A stretch of DNA of 64,000 bases, from contig JAHBVE010000002.1 in the NCBI GenBank assembly GCA_019637675.1, positions 608,156-672,155 of the forward strand. The letters are read 5' to 3'. How positions within the stretch are numbered: the first letter of the stretch is position 1; the number at the start of each line of letters is the position of its first letter. The notes beneath the pieces are model-generated. The model searched no databases, was not told where the DNA came from, and saw only the letters and a list, made by a program, of their open reading frames with translations. Positions 22,452 through 32,241 of this stretch are shown piece after piece. The DNA comes from Anaerolineales bacterium (GTDB lineage: Bacteria > Chloroflexota > Anaerolineae > Anaerolineales > UBA11579). A program made the position numbers and the translations under genes.

Positions 22452-24884
22452 CTACGGAACTACGTAAATGCTGACCGAGCCGTTCTGGAACACCAGCGGC
22501 AGCCGCGCCTGGAACTTGGCTTCGTTCACCGGATAGGCGGCACGCTCCAGATCGCCCACAATGACGTAGTCGATCGCATAGCGCTGCAAGATCTCACTGG
22601 CCGTCGCCCAGTCGCCGGTGGAATACAAGCTCTCGAGCGCGCCGATGCGCTCGTAGTCCACATTGCCGCCGCGCCACTGGCCCTGGTGCCCGGGCCAGCC
22701 CATCACGCCTTGCATGCCGGTGAAGGTGGCGTAGCGCGCGTAGGCGCTGTAGCTGCCGCCCACCGCTTCGGCCAGCACGCCGGGCTCAGCGGCCTGCAGC
22801 CAGGCGATCGCCTCGCGCGCCTCGGGCGAGAGATGCAGGCTGCCATCCAACGCCAACGGCTGGTTCGGCGGGCGGCTGGCAATGTCAGCGAAGGCATACG
22901 CCGGGTACACGAAGCCGGCGCCCAGCGCCACCATCAGCAGCGCCGCGGCCGCGGCCCGCGCCCCGCGGCGCAGCTCCAGCATCACGACGGACGCACCATA
23001 CGCCGCCACCACGCTCCACAGCAGCCAGGCCTGGTAATAGAACTTGAAGACCGTGTTCATGCGCGTGCCAAATTGGTCACGCAGATAGATGAACTCCGGC
23101 GCGGTCACCAACAACGCCGCGATCAGCGCCAGCAGCACCGCAAAGCTGCTCGCCGCCTCCGCAGGCGCCTGCTTGCTGCGGCCTGCTTTGCCGGCCGCGG
23201 CCAGCAGGCCGCCAAAGACGCCCAGCAGCCCCATCAGGCTCAGCCAGCCGCCCGGCCCCGCGAACCGGCGCCGCAGCGACTCAGCGAACAGTGAGGCCAC
23301 ATCCGGCGCGCCCAGGTCGCTCAAGATCGCCTGGCCCAGCGGCGTGCCGCTCAGCAGGCCCGCATATAGCCAGGCCAAGGCCAGCGAGCCGAGCCAAAGC
23401 GCGGCCACGAAGGCCAGGCTGGCCAGCAGAGCTTTCGGCAAGCCGGCAAAGCCGCGCTGCTTCCACTGCCACAGCGCCCACAGCAATACGGGTGTGAGCA
23501 GAGTAGCGAACATGATCCACAAATGCGTGCCGCGGGTTGGCGTAAGCAGGTTGGGCAGGAAGCCGCCGGCTTGCGAAGTGAACCCAATAAAGAACGGGAG
23601 GAACAGCACAACACCCCCCGCGCCTACGATCAAGACCAGCTTCAAGAATTCATCCAGGCGCGCCCGCACCCAGCCCTCGCTCGCTGCACGCCGCAGCACA
23701 TACGCGCCGGCGAACAAGATCGCATAGATCGGCAGGTCCCAGATGTTCAAGAACGCCAACGCGCCGATCACCAGCGCCGCGAACACAAGCGACTCTTCTT
23801 TTATATGCAGGCCGAGCCACGGCTTTTTGCGCTCGCTGCCGCCCAGATACGTATTGAATGCAACACTGGTGGCTAGCAGCACGAACGGGATCGAGAACAC
23901 ATGCGGGTGCAGATCCCCCAGTACGAATGAGAAGGCAGGGAACTCGTCAATAAGCTCCTGCTCTCCGCCCGCGAAGGTGCGGTCATTGATCACGCGCGAG
24001 GCGCGCCACCACCACCAGCCGCCGTCAAACAAGCGCGGCGTCCAGCGCGGCTCGCTTAGCGGCGGGTTGACCAGCTCCTTGACGTCCAGCCAGGCCCACA
24101 CGGCCGAGCTGGTTTCTCCGGCTGCGTTGGTCTCCCAGAACAAGTGGCGCGCATGCATGATCTCCAGCAGGCCTTCCACGTTGCCCATCACCAGCATCAG
24201 CAGCGGGGCCAGGCCGGCCAGCCAGCGGGCCGTGCGCACGATCGCCGGCCTGTGCACCGCCAGCAGGTTGAACACCAGCCCATACGCCGCCGCCGCACCC
24301 ATGGCGAACACGCTGACCACGCCCAGGTTGAAAGCCACTGCCCCGGCGACGCCCAACAGCTTGGCCTGCATCGCCACCATCAGATAGCCAAAGTAGTAAT
24401 AAGAAATGGAGAAACCTGAAAGCCACGGGTCTTGCGGCGGCATGCTGGGCGACTGCAGGATGGCGTTGATGAACGCCAGCTCCATCGGCTTTTCCGTGCC
24501 TTCCACCCGCGGGTAGCTGGCCCGCATCCACAGCATGAACAAGAACGCCAGCGCAAACACCAGCTCGGTCGCGAGGATCTGCGCCCGCTGCTCACGCAGC
24601 CAGGCACCCAGCGCCCCGGCGGGCTGGCTGCGCCAGGCCCAAACGCTGAGCCCGGCCAGCAGTAACAGCGCCGTCAGCAGCCCGGCGGCGTTGTTGGCCA
24701 GCAGGCCAAAACTGCTCAACAGCCAGAACACGAAGCCCCACAGCAGCAAAGCCAGCGGGCGCAGCAAGGCGTAGCCGCGCTCCGGCAACGCCGGCAGCAA
24801 ACGATACGCGATCGGCAGCACCAGCCAGCTCAGGCCGGCCAGCAGCGCGTACCAGGCCAGGGCGTTCAGCACATCACTCATCAT
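22452..24884 (-). CDS. DUF2298 / Chlor_Arch_YYY family integral membrane protein
   Basis: 810 aa and highly hydrophobic. Motifs EKPMELAFINAILQS, DPWLSGFSISYYYFGY (the YYYxG hallmark), GDLHPH and RMNTVFKFYYQAW. Confidence 0.8.
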   Translation of the reverse strand: MMSDVLNALAWYALLAGLSWLVLPIAYRLLPALPERGYALLRPLALLLWGFVFWLLSSFGLLANNAAGLLTALLLLAGLSVWAWRSQPAGALGAWLREQRAQILATELVFALAFLFMLWMRASYPRVEGTEKPMELAFINAILQSPSMPPQDPWLSGFSISYYYFGYLMVAMQAKLLGVAGAVAFNLGVVSVFAMGAAAAYGLVFNLLAVHRPAIVRTARWLAGLAPLLMLVMGNVEGLLEIMHARHLFWETNAAGETSSAVWAWLDVKELVNPPLSEPRWTPRLFDGGWWWWRASRVINDRTFAGGEQELIDEFPAFSFVLGDLHPHVFSIPFVLLATSVAFNTYLGGSERKKPWLGLHIKEESLVFAALVIGALAFLNIWDLPIYAILFAGAYVLRRAASEGWVRARLDEFLKLVLIVGAGGVVLFLPFFIGFTSQAGGFLPNLLTPTRGTHLWIMFATLLTPVLLWALWQWKQRGFAGLPKALLASLAFVAALWLGSLALAWLYAGLLSGTPLGQAILSDLGAPDVASLFAESLRRRFAGPGGWLSLMGLLGVFGGLLAAAGKAGRSKQAPAEAASSFAVLLALIAALLVTAPEFIYLRDQFGTRMNTVFKFYYQAWLLWSVVAAYGASVVMLELRRGARAAAAALLMVALGAGFVYPAYAFADIASRPPNQPLALDGSLHLSPEAREAIAWLQAAEPGVLAEAVGGSYSAYARYATFTGMQGVMGWPGHQGQWRGGNVDYERIGALESLYSTGDWATASEILQRYAIDYVIVGDLERAAYPVNEAKFQARLPLVFQNGSVSIYVVP

Positions 24885-27800
24885 TGCGCCAGCACTTCAT
24901 ATACAACCGTGTCGCCAATGCGGAAGACCTCGCGCCACAGGCGGCCGTCTTGCGCCTCGAACTTGGCCAGCCCGGCCGCGGTATACACCGCATGCTCCAT
25001 CTGCCCCACGACGATATAGCGCACGCCGTACTTCTCCAGCAGGGTCTGCGCTTCACTGATGCTGGTGGTGTCGTAGAACAGGTTCACATCGCCCATACGG
25101 CCCCACACATCATTGCCGGGCACGAATTCGCGCTGCTGGCGTTGGTGGTGGTTCCAGCCCAGCACGGCCGGCAGCCCGGTGTTGATGGCGTAGCGCCCGC
25201 CCCAGCGGTACTCGCTGACATAGCCTTCCATGATCACCGGCGAGCCGGTGATGTTGTCCTGCATCCAGCGGATGGTCTCATAATCTTCGCGCAGCGTCAG
25301 CACCTGGTCGCGCTCGTAGTACACCGAATATTGCATGTATTCCATGCCGTCCAGGCTGCGCGGCGCACCCTCGGTCATGCGGTCATTGATCTTGGCGGTC
25401 ACCCCCAGCAACATGAACAGCGCTCCACAGGCAAGCAAGGCCACGCCGGCGCCCTGCCAGACGCCGCGCCACGCCGCGGTCCAGCGCGGCATCGCCTGCC
25501 AGCACCACGCCGCCGCCAGGGCCGCGCTCAGCGCCAGCAGGGTCCACGCCTGCATGTAGAACTTGAAGACCGTGTTCATGCGTGAGACGTCGCCCTGCAG
25601 CACCATCACTTCCACGAACAGGGTCAGGAACACCGCCGTGCCGGTGAGGAACAGCGCCACGCGCTTGAGCTCATCCTGGCCGGGCCGCAGGAACAGCAGG
25701 CCGATCCACACCAGCAGGGGCACCAGCAGCCAGCCGACGATGACGCCCAGCACGTGCAAGCCGAACATCACCATGAGTACGGCGACGAACGCCATCGCCA
25801 GCAGCCATACATACGGCTCCAGCTTGCGCACCGAAGACAGCGGCGTACTCGCCAGCCACTCGCGCGTCTCCCACACCAGCCAGGCCACAATAAAGAACAG
25901 GAAGATGCCCCAATGCGTGAAGTACGGCCCAAACTCCACATGGATGCCGTCCCAAATGCGCAGCGAGCTGTAGCCGGTGCGGTACCACCAACTGAACGGC
26001 AAATAGGCCAGGTAGCACAACGCTGCCAGAGCCGCCGGCCCCGCCAGCACCTTGACCACCCGCGGCCACTGCTCCGCCTTGCCCTGCGGCACATAGCGCC
26101 AGATGGCGTAGCCGGCGGCGATGGCCGCCAGCAGCGCATACACCGGCAGGTCCCAGGTGTTGATCGGGCGCAGGCTGCCGATGACGATGCCGCCGAACAC
26201 GAAGACCCAGCCGAGCTGCAGCCAGCCGCCTGCGCCGCGCTGCGCTCGCGCCGTCGCCCAGGCGGAGCTCAGCACGGCGGAGAGCGCCCAGGCCAGCGCC
26301 AACAAGGTGACCGGCAGCGCGATCATGTGCGCGTGCAGGTCAGCATACGTGAATGTGAATAACGGGAACTCGGTGATGGGCGCCGACTCGCCAGGCGCGG
26401 GGAAGATGCGCGTAGGGTTCCAATACCATTCGCCCAAGCCATACGGCAGCGGCATGCCCGAGATCGAGAGCACAAAGCCGCGCAGCATCCACCACAGCCG
26501 CGTGAGCAAAGCCACGCCTTCCAGCGCGGCGCCCTCGCCCCCCAGGCGCACATAGCCTTCCAGGATCATTTGCAAATTGCCCAGGTTGCCCAACAGCACC
26601 GTGCCGGCCGCGGCCGCCAGCCCCACCGCCTGCGGCCGCGGGCCGCGCAGCTTGGGCTGGCGTTCCTGCCAGGCCGTCCACACGTTCCAGGCTAGGCTAT
26701 ACGCGCCCAGCGCCAACATGGCGAACAGGCTCGGCAGGATCAGGTTGTAGGCCACCGAAGGCACGATGCCCAGCAGCTTCACCAGCGAGCCCACCAGCAC
26801 GAAGCCGTAATAGTAGTAATTGATATAGCCGCCCGCGAACCACGGGTCATACGCCGGAAAGCTGCTGCTCTTCAGCACCGCGTTGAAATAGGCGAAGTCC
26901 ATCGGCTTTTCGCCGCCCTTGGCTGGGTGCCACAGGTCCGGGTTGCCCAGGCGGATGAGCAGCATCAGCACGAAGAATCCCAGGAACACCAGCTCCGTGC
27001 GGATGAACATGGAGCGCTGGCTCTTCCACTCCGCCTTGATGCCAGCCCACTGCGGGCGGGCGGCCAGCACACCCAACAGGCCGATCATGACCGCGAACAC
27101 GGCCAGCCAGCCGCGGCTGAAGGCCAGCCCCAGCGAGCCGCCCATCCAGCCCATATACGCCAGCAGCAGCAAGCCCGCCAGCCGCGCCAAGGGATAGCCG
27201 CCATCCCGCAAACCGGGCAGCGCCCAGCGCACCAGCGGGTAGGCCAGCACACCCAACGCGCCCAGCGCCATATACCAAACCACCAAACTGACCCACGGGG
27301 ATACATTGACCCATGAATCTCGGCTGAACAAGTCTGACCAGGTGCCGCCGGCCTGCTGCTGCTCCAGCCGGTCGGCTGGCAGCATCAGCGTCGGCGGCAC
27401 GCGGCCCGAGGCTTCTTTCGGCGTCAGGCGGATGGCCTGGTCCACCGGCGCGGCGGCCAGAATGGCCGCCACCGCCGCCGGGTCATACGCGGCCGTCTTG
27501 CGGAAGATCAGCACCTTGGTGTGGTCGTACACCGTGAAGGCTTCTTCGGCCCACTGGTCATTGATCTTCCACGGGCCAAGCTGCGGCGCGTTCTCAAACA
27601 CCTGCACCAGCTCAAAACCCAACCGGCCTGCGAACATGCCCGGCTGCGCCTCGGCATAGCACCACTCGACGGTGCGCTCGGCCGGGCAGCCCAGCAGGGC
27701 GCGGTAGTACTCGATCACCAGCGGGAAGCGCTCCGGGATGCGCGGCAGGCTGCCCCACTGGCGGTTGGACGAAATGAATACGTACTCAGACTGGTCAAGC

Positions 27801-30034
27801 GTGTTCTGAAAACGCTGCACCTTCTCGGCGTTCTCATCCCAATACATTTCAAAGTTCAGGCCGCCCTGGTAAATGCCGCCAAAGCCGTCGTAGCCATCCA
27901 TGCGCAGCGGCAGGCCATCGTCCCAACTGGTTTCGTTGGCTACTGGGCTGCCCTGCACGATCGCCTGCGTGTCCGAGAGCGCGGTCAGCTGCAAGTAATA
28001 GATGATGCCCTGGCTCATGGCGAAGGGCTGCGCCAGCCGGAAGCTGCCCGCCAACCCGGGCTGCGCGCCCGGCTCGATCGCGAGCTGCATGTCCACCAGC
28101 GGCGACTCGAACTCCGGCGTCAGGCCGATCTGCAAACGCAGCGGCACGGGCGCCAGCACGATCGGCTCCTGCGGGCGCAGGTAAAGCACCACCTGGTCGG
28201 GAATGCTGCCCGGGGTCAGCACGAATTCCAATTCCAGCGCGGCGCCCATGCTGAGACTCAGCGGCTCGCTCAGGATATCCTGCTCCGGCAGCTCGGCGCT
28301 CTGCGAATAGCTCAGCGTCACGCGCTCCAGCACCACGCGCCCTTCGCCAGCCGGCAGCTGCAAGTTCAGTTGGTATGTCGCCAACGGGTCAGCGAACGCC
28401 GTGCCACCCACCAGCAGCGGCACAGCCGTAGTCTCGCCCACCGCCAAGCTCTCGTAATCGATCACCTGGCCTTGGTCGGCGGTCAGGATCTCGTTCATCT
28501 GCCCAGTGCGCAACATGAGCGAGGTCACCGCCTGCACGCTCTTGATGTCGATCTGGGTTACCAAACCTTCCACCCGCGCCGAGAAGCTGGTCAGCAGCGA
28601 GGCCACCTGGCGCACGCGTGCGTTATACGGCAGCGAGAGTTGCTGTTTCTGCGCGCCCTGCTCGCCCTCCAGATGCAGGGTCAGCGGGCCGGGGATGTTG
28701 TCATATATCCAGCGCGTGGCTTGCACGCGGGCATGCGGCTGGCGGTAGACCTGCACGAACGCCAGCGACCATAGCAGGCCGCCCACCACGCCGGCCGCCG
28801 CCAGGGCGATGGCCGCCCGGCGCGGCCACGCGGCGCCACGCAGCCAGGCCGCCGGGCGCTTGCCGCGCGTGGCCGCGCTGCCCAACCGCCATAGCTCGAA
28901 CACGCCCCACGCGCCCAGGATCGCCAATACCGGATACAGCGGCAGGAAGTAGCGCATCGTGGGGTTGAAGGCGGCTGACTGCCACACAAAGTACACAAGG
29001 CCCCAGCTCCACAGCACGAAATACGGCTTGAGCCACTCGCCCTTCAGAGCGCGCCAGCCAGCCCATAGGAAGCCGGCCCAGGTGGTGACCGCCAGCGGGA
29101 TACCCAACCCCCACTGCACAATGTTCTGCAAGCCGAACCACACCGGGCGCCGCGCCCACTGCATGGAGGGCGGCCAGTCGGCGTCGCCGCTCACCTGGGC
29201 CGCCAGCTGGCGCATGGTATCCACCCAGGCCGGGTTGAGCCCAAAGCCCAGGAAGGCATACGGCTGGAAGACGCGGAACGCCAGTAGGCTGACCCCCGCC
29301 GCCAGCATCGTGTACAGCACGCCCTTGCCCAGCTGGCTCTCACGCTGCTCGGCTGGCTGGTTGCTGACCCGGATCAGCACCGCCAGGGGCAGCGTGAGGC
29401 ACACCAGGCCCACGCTGGCCTTGGAAGCCATGGCGCTGCCCAGCGCCACCCCGAACCACACGAAGTCCCAGATAACGAATCGCCCTTCGTGCGGCGAGGG
29501 CGTGGCCACCCGCACCGCGAAATACACCGTCAGCAGCGCGAAAAAATTGACAAAGTTGTCCACCGTCCAGAAATGCGATTGCTGGATCGGCATGACCGAC
29601 AGCGCATAGAAGATCGCCGCCAGCAAACCCACCCGCCGGTCGAACAGCCGCGTCGCGGTCAGGTACACCAGATACAGTACGCCTAGATCGGCCACCGCCG
29701 AGAGGGCGCGGCCCACCAGCTGCACCTGGCCGGGCATCTGCAGCCATTCCACCGCGTAGCGCACGATGATGACCGGCAGGTTACCGTATACAAAGAAGCT
29801 GTAGCCAACATTGTTGGGGTTGAGCGGCGAGGTGGCCGTGTCGAAATACTCGCCAATGCTGCTGGCCGGCCGCATCGAGGAAACCACCTGGATCAAAAAG
29901 CGCTCATCCGGATGCAGTTGCTGGCCATCCCCCCACTCAATCCCGGTGAAGCGCAGCCAGGCCGCGCCGATCAGTACCAGCACCAGGGCAAGCTCATACA
30001 GCCATTTGAATTGCGGTGTGCGTTTTTGAGGCAT
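24881..30034 (-). CDS. 1717-aa fusion protein: N-terminal PMT/ArnT-like GT-C glycosyltransferase, extracytoplasmic domain, C-terminal DUF2298 (YYY) module
   Basis: The N-terminus has LHPDERF in the first loop after TM1, followed by multi-TM segments. Residues ~440-860 are non-hydrophobic and end in FTVYDHTKVLIFRK. The C-terminal half repeats the DUF2298 motifs EKPMDFAYFNAVLKS, DPWFAGGYINYYYYGF, ADLHAH and RMNTVFKFYMQAW. ATGA overlap with the downstream gene. Confidence 0.8.
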   Translation of the reverse strand: MPQKRTPQFKWLYELALVLVLIGAAWLRFTGIEWGDGQQLHPDERFLIQVVSSMRPASSIGEYFDTATSPLNPNNVGYSFFVYGNLPVIIVRYAVEWLQMPGQVQLVGRALSAVADLGVLYLVYLTATRLFDRRVGLLAAIFYALSVMPIQQSHFWTVDNFVNFFALLTVYFAVRVATPSPHEGRFVIWDFVWFGVALGSAMASKASVGLVCLTLPLAVLIRVSNQPAEQRESQLGKGVLYTMLAAGVSLLAFRVFQPYAFLGFGLNPAWVDTMRQLAAQVSGDADWPPSMQWARRPVWFGLQNIVQWGLGIPLAVTTWAGFLWAGWRALKGEWLKPYFVLWSWGLVYFVWQSAAFNPTMRYFLPLYPVLAILGAWGVFELWRLGSAATRGKRPAAWLRGAAWPRRAAIALAAAGVVGGLLWSLAFVQVYRQPHARVQATRWIYDNIPGPLTLHLEGEQGAQKQQLSLPYNARVRQVASLLTSFSARVEGLVTQIDIKSVQAVTSLMLRTGQMNEILTADQGQVIDYESLAVGETTAVPLLVGGTAFADPLATYQLNLQLPAGEGRVVLERVTLSYSQSAELPEQDILSEPLSLSMGAALELEFVLTPGSIPDQVVLYLRPQEPIVLAPVPLRLQIGLTPEFESPLVDMQLAIEPGAQPGLAGSFRLAQPFAMSQGIIYYLQLTALSDTQAIVQGSPVANETSWDDGLPLRMDGYDGFGGIYQGGLNFEMYWDENAEKVQRFQNTLDQSEYVFISSNRQWGSLPRIPERFPLVIEYYRALLGCPAERTVEWCYAEAQPGMFAGRLGFELVQVFENAPQLGPWKINDQWAEEAFTVYDHTKVLIFRKTAAYDPAAVAAILAAAPVDQAIRLTPKEASGRVPPTLMLPADRLEQQQAGGTWSDLFSRDSWVNVSPWVSLVVWYMALGALGVLAYPLVRWALPGLRDGGYPLARLAGLLLLAYMGWMGGSLGLAFSRGWLAVFAVMIGLLGVLAARPQWAGIKAEWKSQRSMFIRTELVFLGFFVLMLLIRLGNPDLWHPAKGGEKPMDFAYFNAVLKSSSFPAYDPWFAGGYINYYYYGFVLVGSLVKLLGIVPSVAYNLILPSLFAMLALGAYSLAWNVWTAWQERQPKLRGPRPQAVGLAAAAGTVLLGNLGNLQMILEGYVRLGGEGAALEGVALLTRLWWMLRGFVLSISGMPLPYGLGEWYWNPTRIFPAPGESAPITEFPLFTFTYADLHAHMIALPVTLLALAWALSAVLSSAWATARAQRGAGGWLQLGWVFVFGGIVIGSLRPINTWDLPVYALLAAIAAGYAIWRYVPQGKAEQWPRVVKVLAGPAALAALCYLAYLPFSWWYRTGYSSLRIWDGIHVEFGPYFTHWGIFLFFIVAWLVWETREWLASTPLSSVRKLEPYVWLLAMAFVAVLMVMFGLHVLGVIVGWLLVPLLVWIGLLFLRPGQDELKRVALFLTGTAVFLTLFVEVMVLQGDVSRMNTVFKFYMQAWTLLALSAALAAAWCWQAMPRWTAAWRGVWQGAGVALLACGALFMLLGVTAKINDRMTEGAPRSLDGMEYMQYSVYYERDQVLTLREDYETIRWMQDNITGSPVIMEGYVSEYRWGGRYAINTGLPAVLGWNHHQRQQREFVPGNDVWGRMGDVNLFYDTTSISEAQTLLEKYGVRYIVVGQMEHAVYTAAGLAKFEAQDGRLWREVFRIGDTVVYEVLAQ

Positions 30035-30036
30035 GG

Positions 30037-32199
30037 CTAGTTATCCGCGGCAACCAGATACATTAGAAAATCGCGCGTCGGGGTTTGGCTGGTGAACGTG
30101 GTCAGCACGCCCTGCGGGAACAACCGCTGCAGGGTGCTGGCCGCAAGTGTATCCTCTGGCTTCAGCAGGTACAGACGCGGGGCCGGCACGTTGGCGGTGT
30201 TGGCCAACTGCTCCGGCCACACAGCGTAATCGTGGCCGGGCTTGCCAGCCTCCATCGCCACCAGGCGCGTATCCACCCAGTGCGGGTAACCCACCACCCA
30301 GGCGCTCTCCAGCGAGCCAAAGCTGTTGGCATAGTCGGTGATCACCTGGCCCATCTCTCGGCTGTTCCATGAGTTGGCCGTATAGTTGCGCGTGTATTCG
30401 CCAAAGAACAGGCCATAGTTCAGCAGGGCCACCAGCCCCAGCACGCCGACCCCCAGCGCTTGCGCCAGGCGCAACCCAAGCCCTCCGCTCAGGCGGGCAC
30501 GGATGCTGTGCAGTACCGCGTCCAGCGCCAGCGCGCACAGCAGAAACGCCGGGATCCACGCCGCGCTGGCGCGGTTCATAGCCGGGTTCTCCTCCGGAAA
30601 AGCCAGCGAAAGCGTGGATGGCAGCATCAACAGCGGGATGCTTATGAGCAGGAACAGATCCTGCCAGTGGCGGTGGCGCACATAGCGCATCACCGCCAAG
30701 CACACGCCCAGCAGCAACAGCGCGCCGCTCAGCGGATCGAAAGCGGGCTTGCGCACCGTGCCCACAACCCACAGCGTGCCGCCGGAATAATTGAACAACC
30801 CCAGTCCCTTGACCATATTGCTGGCGAAGATACCCGCCGGCGCGGCGGGATATTCGCGCTCGGCTTCGCCGAGCCGGGTCATCACGCGCTGGTTGACCAT
30901 CGCCGGGTTGTCGATGGCAAAGCGCAGCAAGGGCGTGGTCGCCAGGATGGCGACCACCGCCAGCAGCACCGCGCCCAGCACAGCCTGGCTGCGCGCCTGG
31001 GTACTGCTGCGGTGCAGCAGGAAGATGCCCACCGCCGCGGCGGCCACCAACGGCATGATGCGGAAGGCGGTGTAGCCATTCAACCCGATGCCCATGAACA
31101 GCCCGGCCAGCAGGAGGTCGTTCAGACTGCTGCGGCGCAAGCCGCGCAGCAAGTAATACAGTGTGGGCGCGGCCAGCGCTGCATACAGGCCAAAGTTCAA
31201 GCCCAGGCGTGAGAGCACGTTGGGCCAATACGCCAATCCAGTAAATAGCAAGGTGAACAAGCCTACCCAGCGGCCGCCCAGCTCCTTGCCCAGCAAGTAC
31301 ATGTATGCCAGCGACGCGAACGCCACCAGCGCGCTGCTGAGCTTGAGCGTCAGAAAACTGACGCCCGTGCCGAACAGGTTCGCGACCCAAGCCGCCAGAT
31401 AGAACGGCAGCGGTTCGCGGCCGGTGTTGCGCTCAAAGAAAATGGATGCCTTGCCGTTCTGAATATCGAGCACATCCATCAGCATTTCGGCATGGTCGCT
31501 AACCATCTCCGGCGGCGTGACGCTCAGCTGATGAAAGCGGAAGAAGGCGATCAGGCCGAAGGCCAGCAGCACCAGCAGGCTCCAGTGCGAGAGCGTGATC
31601 TTGAACTCCGGCTGGGCCAGCCAACCGGCCGCCCGGCTGCGCAGGCTGGCCGCCTTGGCGCCCGGCCGCGGCTGCCAGAAAGCGTACAGCACGCTGCCCA
31701 CCGCGCCGAGCCAGCAAGCTGCGTTGAGCAAGTTGAGCTGGTTATTGCCGCTCAGCAGGAAGGCCAGCACGAACAGCACGCCGGCGGCCAGCAGCGGCGT
31801 GCGCCGGAAGACGGCCACGCCCTTCTGCTCTTCTGCCGGCGCCAGCGGCGGCAGGCTCCACTCGCCTTCCACATAAGCCCAGGCCGCCAAACCCGCCGCC
31901 AGCAGCAGCACGCTGGCCGCCAGGGCCCAGGCGCCTCCACCGGACGACGCCAACAGCACCTGACCTACGAAGAACAGCACGAACGCGCCGACGCTGCGCC
32001 AGGGTACTTGCGCCAGCGTGAACGCGGGCGCAGTCCGCTTGGCGTTGGCGCGCGGGCGGCGGGCCGGTGCAACCGGCTTGCGCACCTGGCTGCGGCCGCT
32101 GCGCGGCAGCGGCGGCACCGCCGGCGCTTTTTGCCCGCTCAGTAAGGCTTTCAAATAATCGAGAACACTGGGTTCTGGCATAGAAGATGGCCTGCTCAA
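30037..32199 (-). CDS. glycosyltransferase family 39/83-like (PMT_2/ArnT-like GT-C) membrane protein
   Basis: 720 aa. An N-terminal Pro/Arg-rich stretch of about 70 aa is followed by more than 12 hydrophobic segments (for example LAAWVANLFGTGVSFLTLKLSSALVAFASLAYMYLLGKELGG) and a C-terminal soluble domain. Confidence 0.75.
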   Translation of the reverse strand: MSRPSSMPEPSVLDYLKALLSGQKAPAVPPLPRSGRSQVRKPVAPARRPRANAKRTAPAFTLAQVPWRSVGAFVLFFVGQVLLASSGGGAWALAASVLLLAAGLAAWAYVEGEWSLPPLAPAEEQKGVAVFRRTPLLAAGVLFVLAFLLSGNNQLNLLNAACWLGAVGSVLYAFWQPRPGAKAASLRSRAAGWLAQPEFKITLSHWSLLVLLAFGLIAFFRFHQLSVTPPEMVSDHAEMLMDVLDIQNGKASIFFERNTGREPLPFYLAAWVANLFGTGVSFLTLKLSSALVAFASLAYMYLLGKELGGRWVGLFTLLFTGLAYWPNVLSRLGLNFGLYAALAAPTLYYLLRGLRRSSLNDLLLAGLFMGIGLNGYTAFRIMPLVAAAAVGIFLLHRSSTQARSQAVLGAVLLAVVAILATTPLLRFAIDNPAMVNQRVMTRLGEAEREYPAAPAGIFASNMVKGLGLFNYSGGTLWVVGTVRKPAFDPLSGALLLLGVCLAVMRYVRHRHWQDLFLLISIPLLMLPSTLSLAFPEENPAMNRASAAWIPAFLLCALALDAVLHSIRARLSGGLGLRLAQALGVGVLGLVALLNYGLFFGEYTRNYTANSWNSREMGQVITDYANSFGSLESAWVVGYPHWVDTRLVAMEAGKPGHDYAVWPEQLANTANVPAPRLYLLKPEDTLAASTLQRLFPQGVLTTFTSQTPTRDFLMYLVAADN

Positions 32200-32241
32200 G
32201 GCCAGGTTGATTTTATCGTAGGGCGCAGCCGCACGCCGTGG

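Noticed and set aside
23038-25582. A 26-nt identical stretch (TAGAACTTGAAGACCGTGTTCATGCG) at 23038-23063 and 25557-25582, which could indicate a dispersed repeat.
   Set aside because: Both copies are in frame inside the two DUF2298 modules and encode the shared MNTVFKFY motif. This is paralogy, possibly with gene conversion, and not an independent repeat element.
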